NCBI GenBank assembly: GCA_032718475.1
Contig: JAUCBJ010001140.1
Location: 124,001 to 188,000, forward strand
Reading direction: 5' to 3'
Length of the DNA: 64,000 nt
DNA from: Nemertoderma westbladi
Taxonomy: Eukaryota > Animalia > Xenacoelomorpha
Shown: piece after piece, positions 10,859 through 21,632 of the stretch
Layout of the letters: the number at the start of each line of letters is the position of its first letter
Numbering within the stretch: position 1 is the stretch's first letter
Program-made: the position numbers and the translations under genes
The notes under the pieces: generated by a model
Told to the model about the DNA's origin: nothing
Seen by the model: the letters and a program-made list of their open reading frames with translations, nothing else
Database searches by the model: none

Positions 10859-13510
10859 CGTGCGATTGGAAATAAGTTCGTGCTACCCTTCCGTGGGTGG
10901 TAGATGTCGCGGTTATGTATTGGTGGGTGGGGGGAGGGGGGGGGGGGGGTGTGCAGATTAAAAGGGGTGAACACGTACTGTCCCCCTTTCTTTGATTAAT
11001 TGGTGGTGTGGGTTAATATCTCATAACCTGATTTTGTGATACAGTCGCACAATTTTAATTTGTATCTCATAACTGGGCCTCGTGCTGCGCGAAGGCCCCA
11101 CGAACGTGTTCAGTTCATTACATTGAGGTATGGATATCGATGGAAGATTACACTCCTTCTGTACCTTGTATTGCCAGCCTCTGACGTAAATAATATTTAA
11201 AATATAAACTCTAATAGATGAAATCCACACACATCCGCACATAGTTAACGTCCGTGGGCTGGTGGGCTCTGGAATAATTTAAAATCGTATTGAACTTACA
11301 AATAAATGTAGGATCACACACTGTATTTATTACTATTGAACATATTTTGAGTAATAAAGAGTAAAACACAATGTTTGTGTAATTATTAATAGAATAAATA
11401 TTAGGTTATTTTCATTTATTAGTTTAATTAATAATTAGACAGGGGCTAAAACTGGGCGAATAAATAAATGTATATTATTGTCCACGGGAAATTTTCATTT
11501 CCTACACATTGACATTCTGCTTACTATACAAACACTGCTTGCTGTAAGGGGAGAACCGGGGTAGATAATTGGGTGTTCAATTATTATTATAGTCTTAAAA
11601 AAAATAAATATGGGCTATTAATTATTAGCAGCCCACTTACGGCCTAACACGCTGTATCTCATTGTGTAGTTAAATATCCGTTCGGCCAATATTAAGTCAT
11701 TGATTAGTCCCCAAGGAGGGCTAGGGACTATATACCCCCCCCCCCCCCCCCTTCCCGACATAGATAAACTGTAATATTGAAGATAAACTGTAATATTGAA
11801 TGCTATATTTTACTGAAACACAAGTTCCGTATTTAAACATAACACCCACAAAGCACATTACACTCTCCAAGCAGATTCCGCAACATGTCACAATCCGTAT
11901 CGCTACCACTACGAAAAATAAATGACATAACATCCTACAGGAATTAACCGACCCTTATGAGTTTAGTGGCGGTTTGTAACAAACTTAACCTCTTGGCATA
12001 TTGTTATTAATATTATTTATAAATTATATTTATTATACCATGGAAATGGCAAAATCGCCAGATCTAAAAAGTTCGCACAATATTTTAAATACAATTATTA
12101 AAAGTTTGACGTCCGATTACAATCAGACTACGCTTTAGCAGCCCACTACTTGTTGAGGCTCACTCAACGTGTTGGCGGGCCTATTTTACACAAGTGGCGA
12201 TACATTTACCGTATGGTAGTTAATGTGTCCAGATTTGAGTTAAAGCCAGTAGTGTGTTCTTTGCATATTTAACATGAGCCTATGGGGAGTATTGTTGTTG
12301 TAAGATAAGTCAGGGGAAGTGTTCGCGCTTTCAGACCTTTGGCAGTTTAACCCGCCAAATTAAGATGTCTTCTAGATATTAAATCGCTTTTTAGCCTATG
12401 ACAAGTATTTGATTCACTACACTAGTCGAAACCAATCCGTGCGCGACCATTCACCCGCTGGATATTCCCGGGAGATTGGGTTCGACGGTTTAATTTTGTT
12501 GCTATGTAAGCCTAATGTATTATTCGACTGACAGTATTATATAATCTCTGACAATATTATTTACCTTCGGGAATATTAACAGTTCCTTTAGGACGTGGCG
12601 CTTTATCTATATAAACAGAGTTATGACTTAAACTACTCACAACGATATGGTTTAATTATAATTCACATATATGGCGCATTCTTTAGGAATGCTTCTTTAA
12701 CAGACTCACTCATACACAATGCTGCACAATACTGCACACTAATCTGACGATCTTCACTGATTTTAGTCACATATAAAAGGAACACAGACTGACTCATGTA
12801 GGGTCTATCAAATAACATTAGATTCACTTCAAACCACTTTAACATAAGTCACAATCGTTTATCTGTAACCTTTCTCTCTTACCTTCGGTATATCAAGAAT
12901 ATTGGGTTTCGGGGTTATTTCTCGTTATTCCAAATATAATAATTCATCAACCATATTATGAAGAACTGACAGTAAATAGCAGTATAACAATATAAAAGTA
13001 TGCACAGTGTTACACAGTATGCAGTGTATGCAGTACTGCAGTATGCAGTGATTACGAAATTGCAGTTTGTGTGTTTCGTCAGTTAAAGGATATATGTCCT
13101 TGTAATTAAACCTACTAGTGTTGAGCTAAAAAGCAGAAAGCACAAAACACTAAAAGCCGTTCTTTCGTGGCTTTGAAAAACTCGTGACTACTGCTCTATA
13201 CGAGGATACCAACTCCCTTATTCCACGAAGCTCCCGTTCAACACAGAGAAAGAGCAGTGAGATAGGAAATTTTCAGTTCAGTGCTCTGTGATAGGTCGAA
13301 ATCAAGGCTAACTCAAATTCTATTGGGAGATACAACACAAGGCTATGACGCAACCTCCCTAGGCTTGTTGGCCGATTAAACAGAGCCCAGATGCCTGCGT
13401 ATAGCAAATCAGCCAATAAGCTGGTAACTTGCACTATTTTTAACTGTAGATCACTTTGAGAGTATTCTTAGCGACTGGGGGGGAACTGGCCAACAAGGCA
13501 AACGAATCAG

Positions 13511-16500
13511 TTAGTCCGGGTTCCGTTGGAGTGGCTCGGGTGGGTGCGATGGGAGGGCTGCCTGACAGGGTTGGCAGCGCTCGACCGTCTGTTTGATGTC
13601 GTTGGGTATGGAGGGCCACCAGACGGAGCGACACGCCCTCTCCCGAGTTTTAGTGAGTCCCTGGTGGGCGGCGTGGAGTAGCCGGAGCGTCTCGGGACGG
13701 AGTTCGACGGGGATATAGAGCTGGGGCCCGCGGAGAATGACGTCATCGTGCACCATCAGCTCCGAGCGGAACTGGAAGTAGGGCCGCAGCTGGTCGTCGG
13801 TGACGTTGTGTTTGGACGTCGGCCAGCCGTCCCGGATGGTGGCGAGGAGCGCGCGGTACACGGGGTCGCGCTGCCCGGCCTCCCGGATCTGGTCGAGCCG
13901 CGCGTCCCGAGATTCGACCGACGGGGTGGCGGCGGACGCGGCGACGGCCGTGGAGACGATAAACTCCCGGTCGGCGTCGTCTTCCGGGGTGAGGAGGATG
14001 TCGTCGGAGGTTGGGGAGTTCCTGGGGGCGCGGGAGAAGGCGTCGGCGATTACGTGTTTACTGCCGCGTTGGTGGCGGGCGGTGAAGTTAAAGCGCGACA
14101 TCAACGTCTTTAACTTCAGCAGCCGATCGTTGCTGACCTGGTCCAACCGGCGGTCGTTCAGGATGGGGATCAGGGGGCTGCTATCAGTGACGAGCTCGAA
14201 GTGGCGGAGCCCGTCGAGGAAGTAGCGGCACTTGTGGGCCGCCCACGCAGCGCCGAGGGCCTCCAGTTCCGCCATCCCCGACCAGTTGGCCTCGTGTGTG
14301 GCCAGGGTGCGCGAGCCGCACTGGACGGTGCGCCAACGGTTGGCGTCGGAGTCCCACTGGCGGAGGAGAAACCCGAGGCCGTTCAGTCGGGAGGCGTCCG
14401 TCAGCAGCTCGGTTCGGCGGTCCGGGTGGAACCCCGACAGGTAGTGCGGACTCGACAGGGTTGACCGGGTCGCCTCGAACGCAGCCTGGTGTTGGGGGAG
14501 CCAGACCCAGGAGTTGAGGTTCGAGTTTAGCGAACGGAGCGGGTCGACGAGTCGGGTTATCTCCGCCGTCGAGTTCCCGAGCTGCTGGGCGAGTCCGAGG
14601 AACGAGCGGAGCTGACGGCGGTTCGTCGGGACCGGGAAGTAGCGGAGGTCGTCGGAGAGGGCCGGGTCGATCCGGTAGCGGCCGTGGGAGACCAGGTAGC
14701 CGCCGAACCGGACCTCGGCCTGTTTGAACTGGACCTTCGCCGTGTTTATGGAGATCGACGAGGCGTCGCAGGCGGCCAGGACGCGGGCCACCGCCTCGGA
14801 GTGCTCCTCCGCCGTGTCGGTGTAGATAATGATGTCTTCAACGATCCTCCCGATGTTTGGGATTCCTCGGAGGGCTTTATCCATCCGGGCATTGAAGACA
14901 TCAGAGCTACCATGCCAACCCATCGGCATCCGGCGGTAGCGGAACCGGCCTCGTGGCGTCACAAAGGTGGTCAGTCGGCGACTGGAGGAGTCCAACCCGA
15001 CCTGGTGGAAGCCCTTGAGGCCGTCGAGCACCGAGAAGACGCGGGCGGACGTTGGGATCCGGGAGACGACCTGGAAGGGAGCGGCGGAGTAGTAGGTGGG
15101 ACGTACGGTGGCCTTATTGAGTTCCCGGAGGTCTACCGTGATCCGCACCTTGGTGGCGTCCTTCTTTTTGGTGACCACCATGGGGCTGAGCCACTCGCCG
15201 GGGTTCCGCTCGTCCGCGGCGGGCTCGAGGATTCCCATGGCGACCTGCTCGTCCAGCTCGCGGTTGAAGGCGGCCTCGAGGTTGATGGGGACGGCGCGGT
15301 TCGCGTAGGAGTTGGTGGGCCGGGCGCCCGGGTGGAGTTTGATTGTGATATCCCCCCCAGACATTACGCGGCATTTCCCCGATAGGGGGCGGGGGAAACG
15401 CTGTTGTAGGGCCGCCCAAGCCGCGGTGTTGGTGTTGGTTGGCACCGTGGATGGCGGCGTGGGTGGTTCCGGGGGTGGCGGGGTTGCCTCCTCCCTGGGC
15501 GACGATAGCGGGGGCGCGATCATCTGGTAGGATCGTGGGGTGCGGCCGGGGGGCGGGGGTGGGCCGTCGGAGTAGCGGCCGCCACGGAGGATCGGGCTCT
15601 GGAGGATGGCCAGCAGGAAACAGGCCTTCCTCGACAGTAGCGGCTGCTGAAGCCCGTCGATGACCCACACATCCGTGGTGCAGGCGGTGTGGAGGGCGGG
15701 GCATTGGAGGGTTGCAGTGAAGATCCCGATCACTGTCCACCCGGAGCGGCACCCGTTGGCCAGTCGCGGCGCTTTGGGGGGCGGTTGGGTGGTCCGGAGG
15801 TTCTCCGTCGTCCCGCCGAAGGAGCGGAAGTTGGGGAGCGGGAGCGCGGTGATGTTCGCTCCGGAGTCGGGGAGGAACTGGGCCGCTGCGATTCCGAAGT
15901 TCGGGTTCTTCGTCACCTGGAACCCGACGGTGACGGTCTCCAGAGGCTCCAGGGACTCCATAACCGAGACGATGGGGGCGTCTTCCAGTTCGGCGCCCGC
16001 CAGGATGGACCACACCTCAGCGCGGTTCGCCGTGGTGCATGAGTCGTCGGCGGGGCCGGTGGCAGCGTGGGCGCGCGGTTCGCCGGAGTTGGTCGGGCAC
16101 ATCCGGTCGTAGTGCCCAGTCGTGCCGCAGTGGCGGCACGTTGCCTTTATTCCCGGGCACGTCTTTCCGGCCGGGTGCGGCGTGTATCCGCACTGGCGGC
16201 AGAGGGTGGGCGGTTGCAGTTGGTTGCGGCGGTTGTGGGTGCGCCGGCCTCCCGGCGTCGGAGCAGGGTGGGTCGCCACGCTGCGGGATGCGGTGGCCTT
16301 GGGGGTGGCGGTGTTGAAGGAGGCGGCGTCCTTCCGCGCCGTCCAAACGGATTGGGCCCGCCTGAGAGCGTCGGAGAGGGTCGCTCCGTTCTCGAGGCGG
16401 AGGAGTTGCTCCGTCACCTCGCGGTCGTTGAACCCCGCCACGAACTGGTCGAGCAACCGGTCGTTGAGGTGCGCCTCCGCGGTGGGGAGGGCGACGAACC

Positions 16501-16951
16501 GGCACTTGGTGGCGAGGTCGCGGAGGTGGACGAGGAACGTCTCCGGGGTTTCCTCGGGGAGTCTTTGGCGACGGGAGAGTTCCTGGCGGTGGACGCGGAC
16601 GTTCGTCCCGCCGTCGATGTGGACTTCCAGTCTATCGATGACGGTGGTGGCGTTACAGTTCTCCTCCGGAGTGAGGGCGAGTCCCTTGACCACGGCGTTG
16701 GTGGCGCGCGTAAAGGCGGTCATGAGGGCGGCTCGTCGTTGTCGCTGGGTAGCGCGGAGGAGGACTGCCGATAGAGCTGGGTCGGGTTGGGCGGCGGGGT
16801 CGGCTTCGTGGAGGTTCTCCAGGCCGGAGGTGACGAGGAAGGCCTCCCATTCGTCGCGCCATAACGCCCAGGTGAGGCGCTCGGTTTCGATGTCGAACGG
16901 GAGTGGATTACCTCGAAGAATGAAGCTTCTCGGATCGCGGTGGTCCGACAT
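13511..16951 (-). CDS. Gag-Pol polyprotein (Gag with two CCHC knuckles, protease, RT, RNase H, integrase zinc finger only)
   Basis: CRQCGYTPH..C and CRHCGTTGHYDRMC; LPDSGA protease; WLSPMV, VDLRELN, LDGLKGFHQ, IVEDII RT; TDAS, ELEAL, TDSSPL, ADAFSR RNase H; HAAH..CQPC then stop. Confidence 0.92.
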   Translation of the reverse strand: MSDHRDPRSFILRGNPLPFDIETERLTWALWRDEWEAFLVTSGLENLHEADPAAQPDPALSAVLLRATQRQRRAALMTAFTRATNAVVKGLALTPEENCNATTVIDRLEVHIDGGTNVRVHRQELSRRQRLPEETPETFLVHLRDLATKCRFVALPTAEAHLNDRLLDQFVAGFNDREVTEQLLRLENGATLSDALRRAQSVWTARKDAASFNTATPKATASRSVATHPAPTPGGRRTHNRRNQLQPPTLCRQCGYTPHPAGKTCPGIKATCRHCGTTGHYDRMCPTNSGEPRAHAATGPADDSCTTANRAEVWSILAGAELEDAPIVSVMESLEPLETVTVGFQVTKNPNFGIAAAQFLPDSGANITALPLPNFRSFGGTTENLRTTQPPPKAPRLANGCRSGWTVIGIFTATLQCPALHTACTTDVWVIDGLQQPLLSRKACFLLAILQSPILRGGRYSDGPPPPPGRTPRSYQMIAPPLSSPREEATPPPPEPPTPPSTVPTNTNTAAWAALQQRFPRPLSGKCRVMSGGDITIKLHPGARPTNSYANRAVPINLEAAFNRELDEQVAMGILEPAADERNPGEWLSPMVVTKKKDATKVRITVDLRELNKATVRPTYYSAAPFQVVSRIPTSARVFSVLDGLKGFHQVGLDSSSRRLTTFVTPRGRFRYRRMPMGWHGSSDVFNARMDKALRGIPNIGRIVEDIIIYTDTAEEHSEAVARVLAACDASSISINTAKVQFKQAEVRFGGYLVSHGRYRIDPALSDDLRYFPVPTNRRQLRSFLGLAQQLGNSTAEITRLVDPLRSLNSNLNSWVWLPQHQAAFEATRSTLSSPHYLSGFHPDRRTELLTDASRLNGLGFLLRQWDSDANRWRTVQCGSRTLATHEANWSGMAELEALGAAWAAHKCRYFLDGLRHFELVTDSSPLIPILNDRRLDQVSNDRLLKLKTLMSRFNFTARHQRGSKHVIADAFSRAPRNSPTSDDILLTPEDDADREFIVSTAVAASAATPSVESRDARLDQIREAGQRDPVYRALLATIRDGWPTSKHNVTDDQLRPYFQFRSELMVHDDVILRGPQLYIPVELRPETLRLLHAAHQGLTKTRERACRSVWWPSIPNDIKQTVERCQPCQAALPSHPPEPLQRNPD

Positions 16952-17023
16952 CTTCAGTAGTGTTGGCAGATTGGCGTTGAGTGAGTTGGGTGGTGTAGGT
17001 AGGTCGAACCTAAAGCTGCGCCA
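13511..17023 (-). mobile_element. GC-rich Gypsy (Mag-like) internal region, 3'-truncated inside integrase
   Basis: Single gag-pol ORF; PBS TGGCGCAGC at 17015-17023 directly after ...AGTCA; no integrase core and no 3' LTR. Confidence 0.9.
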
Positions 17024-17112
17024 TGACTAATCAGGGGGGCAGGGTGCAGCAATGCAGACAGCCGTAGTACAGTAGTACGTATGTACTGCTGTATAATCAG
17101 GAAGGATGTACC

Positions 17113-20100
17113 CAAGGCCACCTATAATACAGGCCTTGCAGCCCAATAATTGCCAAAATTTGCTAGGGCCGAAGTTTTACAATCTACATTTCACTTAGAT
17201 GTCCCTTTGATGCGACATATTTCGAATTATGGATGTGGGCAGAACTATCAGACTATTACTATTTTTCAGGGGACACCAAAAGTGTTACCGGTAGGCCTAT
17301 ACAAAATCAGACTGATTGATCATTCTATCATTACCGGTACGGTTAACAGTAGGCTATTACTGTATTATGTGGGTAAGCCTACAGCTTTCAGACGTTTCAG
17401 TGGTTACCACTTACTCTGTTACTACCACTAGTGCTGTAGTGATAAACTGCTATTCAGTTAGGCTACTGCGCATGCCAGTCTGTTGTATTAATTTGCAATA
17501 GCTACGAGCTACGACTACCCTACCTATTTGATATCGAATATTTTATTATTATTGTTACAACTGTTGTATTATTGTTGCTGTTGTATGCGTAGCCTAATGG
17601 GACGAAAATGTTCTGTGGGGAACTGCCGAACTGGTTACTGTCGAACCAAGGAACATCCAGAAGAGACGGGTCCGATTCCGGTTTACTCCTTCCCGAGAGA
17701 CGAGCGACAGCGGGTGGAGTGGATTAGAGCTCTTCCGAACATCATTGGAAGTGTTACCGATAATATGGGAGTCTGTCGGCTCCACTGGCCAACGCAAACT
17801 CCCATGAAGTCGGTAAAAGGTGGTCGCGGCGGTGGAGTTCCAACTAATCCACCGTCAATATTTAATACTCCCGATTCTTGGGTCCCTACTCCTTCTGCGA
17901 GACCACGAGCTACTTCTTCTTCCACGAGCTTCAACCAACTCCGCAACACTCTGCCGGATGAACTCCCGAGGTTTCTCGAGATGGACTTTATACTTGTGGA
18001 ATCGTTTTCGACGCAGCTCCACAATAAATTAGGTGGAAGTTACGATTTGCTCTTGCGAGATTCTGGGGATGCAGTAGTTATGAGCCGTGAAAGAGAAGGT
18101 CCAACAGCTAAATGGACTCTCAACATTACAGTATCTACTGAATCCCTTTCGTTTAGTGGCTACAGAGGCCTTCGTAAGGAGAAATTCCTGTTTCTTCGAT
18201 ATCCCGGCAAAGTTCGACGTTGGTCTGAACTTGAGGAAGTGATTAATGTTTTGAATCAGGACACTCCAGTAGAGGACGAGCGCTGGATTTTCATTAATCG
18301 CCAAATTGAGCTACTGAATACTCCCAAGAATGGAAAGGTATATCTTGCAAATGATTTATCCCTTGCATTTTCTTGGTATACGTTGTCGACGAAGCTTTAC
18401 CAGACACTCCGGGAATTCATGGTGCTTCCAAGTTTGCGAGTGATCCGTAATATTACATCGGCAGTGTCTAATGTTGATACGAAGGAGTTTCTCACTGCTG
18501 TATTTGAGAAATTGGAGGACCGCCAACGCATTTGCTCCTTGGTTATTGATGAAGTATATATAAAGCCATCTGTTCAATATTATGGGGGAACTGTTTATGG
18601 TAATTCAGTTGATGATCCAACGAAACTGGCCAGAACGATTTTGGCAGTAATGATTCGTTGTGCATTTGGAGGGCCCAGCTTCGTTTTGAAGATGATACCA
18701 TGCAGTGGTTTAACTTCGGAGTTTCAGTTGGACAATGTGAATCTCATCCTTAAAGATCTGGTTTCATGTAAAATTGTTGCGATTGTGGTCGTTGTCGATA
18801 ACAACAAGGTAAACCAGAAATTTTTAAAGATGTTCAAAATCCCTAACCTATCGAAACCGTGGATTGCGACATCTCCTTTTGGTTCGGATTACCCATTGTT
18901 TCTCATTAATGATCCTGTGCACATTCTAAAGTGCATACGTAACAACTGGTACACAGAGGAACATAAATCTATAATGTTTTATGATGTTAGGGACTCCGAT
19001 CGGTCCCAAATGACAGCCAGTTGGAGCCATTTAATACAAATGTACGAATCTGACAGCAAATCCCTTGTTACGTTGTCCGATTTAACTAAGTCTGCTGTTA
19101 GTCCTTCTAATATACAGCGACAAAATGTAGGATTGGCGCTGAAAATATTTTCGGATAAGACAATAGCTGCACTGAAATCATCCGATATACCTGGTGTGGA
19201 TGAAACTGTTAACTTCCTGGAACTTGTTGCCGAATGGTGGAAGATGTTAAACATTAAGGGTCTGACTGCTGGTGTCCGTTTCAACGACAACACCAGGGAT
19301 GCTTTCAGCGACCCTGATGATCCACGATTTAATTTTTTGCTCTCATTTGCCAGACTATGTGATTCCATGCAGAACAGTTCTCGTCAAAAACGATGTAAAT
19401 CGCTTACTAATGAAACTTCATCAGCATCTGCGAACACTACCAGAGGGATTGTTGATGCTACTAAGTATCTGTTGACTACATCGAACAACACATTCAAGCA
19501 TAAGTTTGTGTTGACCAATTTTTTTCATGCAGACTGTATTGAATCCTATTTCGGAAGAATTCGCCAAGCTTATGGTGGGTGTTCTACGTATATCAACGCT
19601 CATCAAGCACTCTGTTTTCTACACATTGATTCAGCTCGTATTCTGGCTTCACTTGATAATCTTCCTGATGATACTCCAATGTCTATTCATTCATGTGCGA
19701 ACTGTTCTACCCCTATGAATGAAACTGAGTTGGAACTTCTTGACTCTCTCCCACTTTTGGCAGACGACATACCAAATTCGGAAATTTCTGTACTGATATA
19801 TATTGCGGGGTATCTCACTTTCAAATGCAAATTAGCACCAGGAGCAATCAGTACCGAGACCAGCGACCAAGTAACTCAGTACTTTCACGAGTTAAATCGA
19901 GGTAGATTATCTTTTCCTTCGGATAATTTGGTATTGTATACCTGTTACTGCTATGCGTTTTTCAATCACGTTTCTAAAACTACATTGTGCCGTACTAGAC
20001 TTGTACATTTATTCACGGCAATATATAAGTATATGTCACCTGCTGATTCGCCTCCATTTGGCCTAAATGTTAAGGTTCACCGTACTCTTGCTAATATTTT

Positions 20101-20642
20101 CCTAAATGATGTTTGCAAGAAATCTCTCGACGATACCACAGCTGTTGCACAGAAAAGGGCCAAATTTTCGTCAACATAAACATTGAGTATTATAATTATA
20201 ATTTGACGTATTATACGTACTATAATTTGAGTTGAATTGGCCTGCCAAGGTCTACATATTTATTTTCAATTCGTTGGGAATAACCTGAAATATACTTATT
20301 ATGAGAACTAAATGCTATTAAATAAAGATATTACACTCGCAATGATTGAAAACCTAAAAATAGGTTGAAAATGTTAGTTTTTGAGGCAATTTAATAGACA
20401 TTTATTATGTATGGAATTTTTCATTCTCAGCACCCATCATGCACCCCTCGAAAAGTGGCATTTCCAGATAAGCACTAAATTTAAAAATAGTCTAAAAAGA
20501 TTCGCCATACCTGATAACCTTGGAAACAATTAGATATTAGAGTTAGGTACCGTCATCTAGGTGAAATGTAGATTGTAAAACTTCGGCCCTAGCAAATTTT
20601 GGCAATTATTGGGCTGCAAGGCCTGTATTATAGGTGGCCTTG
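17113..20642 (+). mobile_element. Complete P-element superfamily DNA transposon (3530 bp)
   Basis: 89-bp TIRs (17113-17201 and 20554-20642, one mismatch seen) with CAAGG...CCTTG ends; perfect 8-bp TSD GATGTACC. Confidence 0.96.
17597..20179 (+). CDS. P-element transposase with N-terminal THAP domain, intronless and open
   Basis: MGRKCSVGNC..W..VCRLHW THAP; IDEVYIK, VDN, DPVHILKCIRNNW, RQNV.LA, DCIESYFGRIRQ catalytic motifs; YIAGY C-terminal motif. ATG 17597 preferred over the ORF-track start 17528. Confidence 0.95.
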   Translation: MGRKCSVGNCRTGYCRTKEHPEETGPIPVYSFPRDERQRVEWIRALPNIIGSVTDNMGVCRLHWPTQTPMKSVKGGRGGGVPTNPPSIFNTPDSWVPTPSARPRATSSSTSFNQLRNTLPDELPRFLEMDFILVESFSTQLHNKLGGSYDLLLRDSGDAVVMSREREGPTAKWTLNITVSTESLSFSGYRGLRKEKFLFLRYPGKVRRWSELEEVINVLNQDTPVEDERWIFINRQIELLNTPKNGKVYLANDLSLAFSWYTLSTKLYQTLREFMVLPSLRVIRNITSAVSNVDTKEFLTAVFEKLEDRQRICSLVIDEVYIKPSVQYYGGTVYGNSVDDPTKLARTILAVMIRCAFGGPSFVLKMIPCSGLTSEFQLDNVNLILKDLVSCKIVAIVVVVDNNKVNQKFLKMFKIPNLSKPWIATSPFGSDYPLFLINDPVHILKCIRNNWYTEEHKSIMFYDVRDSDRSQMTASWSHLIQMYESDSKSLVTLSDLTKSAVSPSNIQRQNVGLALKIFSDKTIAALKSSDIPGVDETVNFLELVAEWWKMLNIKGLTAGVRFNDNTRDAFSDPDDPRFNFLLSFARLCDSMQNSSRQKRCKSLTNETSSASANTTRGIVDATKYLLTTSNNTFKHKFVLTNFFHADCIESYFGRIRQAYGGCSTYINAHQALCFLHIDSARILASLDNLPDDTPMSIHSCANCSTPMNETELELLDSLPLLADDIPNSEISVLIYIAGYLTFKCKLAPGAISTETSDQVTQYFHELNRGRLSFPSDNLVLYTCYCYAFFNHVSKTTLCRTRLVHLFTAIYKYMSPADSPPFGLNVKVHRTLANIFLNDVCKKSLDDTTAVAQKRAKFSST

Positions 20643-20859
20643 GATGTACCGATATCATAAAACATAATATAATAATAAGATAAGCTACGCCATCTAGCGG
20701 GCCATAGGCGTAGGGCTTATGGTGATACTACACAGAAGGGAAATACAACTCAACCACTAGACAAAGCGGCTCTCTTTACTACTTTCAGCTATCCCAAGAG
20801 CTCGATTGACAGACACTTCTAAGCTTTGATATTTAGCCGCTCTAGGTAGACTTACATTA

Positions 20860-20960
20860 GGCAAATTCCAAGTGATTTCCTAAAGGTTATTTATTTCCTA
20901 TTAGGTTCCTATTAGGATCCTATTAGGATCCAATAGGACGTTAATTGAAAGCGTTAACTG
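20860..20960 (-). repeat. Right arm of a Tc1/mariner-like MITE (inverted partner of 9177-9360)
   Basis: CCTATTAGGATCC repeats, ends GAAAGCGTTAACTG|TA. Confidence 0.55.
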
Positions 20961-21632
20961 TATATAAATTTAGACGGGGGAACACCACCTAGGTATAAAT
21001 ATCTAATATCAGATATGAATATTACTCTTAGATTTTATCACACACGATTTTTTTTGGTAACATTCCACTTTTCTGACGGGGGGGGGGGGGGGGGGGGTGG
21101 TAATTACCCCCCCCCCCTTCGGTCCGCCCCTGATGGACAACGCTATCACAACGCAGTTGCACTACTGCACTACAGCACTGAGCTGCACTAGGCTAGTTCA
21201 GAAGTTGCAGTACGCCTAACTATATATTCCCATTCTCTTTACTGTTCTTCTGTTTCAAATACCGTACATGAAGGTACCGTATTTCCAGTACGACACGTCG
21301 TACACGTAGTGATAGTGAAGTGTACGACACTATACCGCACTACCGACAAGACTCACCTTACTTCGTGGCTCACCCCACAGTTCAATTTAATTTATTGGCT
21401 AATAAAAAATAATTGGCGAGTTTTCTATTCTATTTCTGAGTATTATTGCAACTAAATTTGGTAAAGGCGCGATAGCAGCCACCGTGCCACAACGCGCCGC
21501 GACCAAGTTGTGTTGTTGTATAGAGCTGTCAGCTTACATTCATTCTGAAGTTTTGGGATTCGTTTATTGGTTTAGACTTTAGTTGGAAAAGACCTCACCT
21601 CCCGCTCCACGCTCCACTATACAGTTAGTTAT

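Larger units (their letters stand above)
17024..20856 (-). repeat. Putative 5' LTR of the Mag-like element, split by the P-element (outer boundary uncertain: about 20731 or 20856)
   Basis: TG at 17024 abuts the PBS; candidate CA ends at ...ATACTACA and ...GACTTACA; no second LTR in the window to confirm. Confidence 0.45.

Noticed and set aside
13748-17030. Many overlapping antisense and alternative-frame ORFs
   Set aside because: Expected stop-codon scarcity in very GC-rich gag-pol; no recognisable motifs
13505-17032. TTAGTC/GACTAA inverted ends suggesting a DIRS-like element
   Set aside because: Only 6 bp; the element has a protease, integrase zinc finger and PBS, and no tyrosine recombinase
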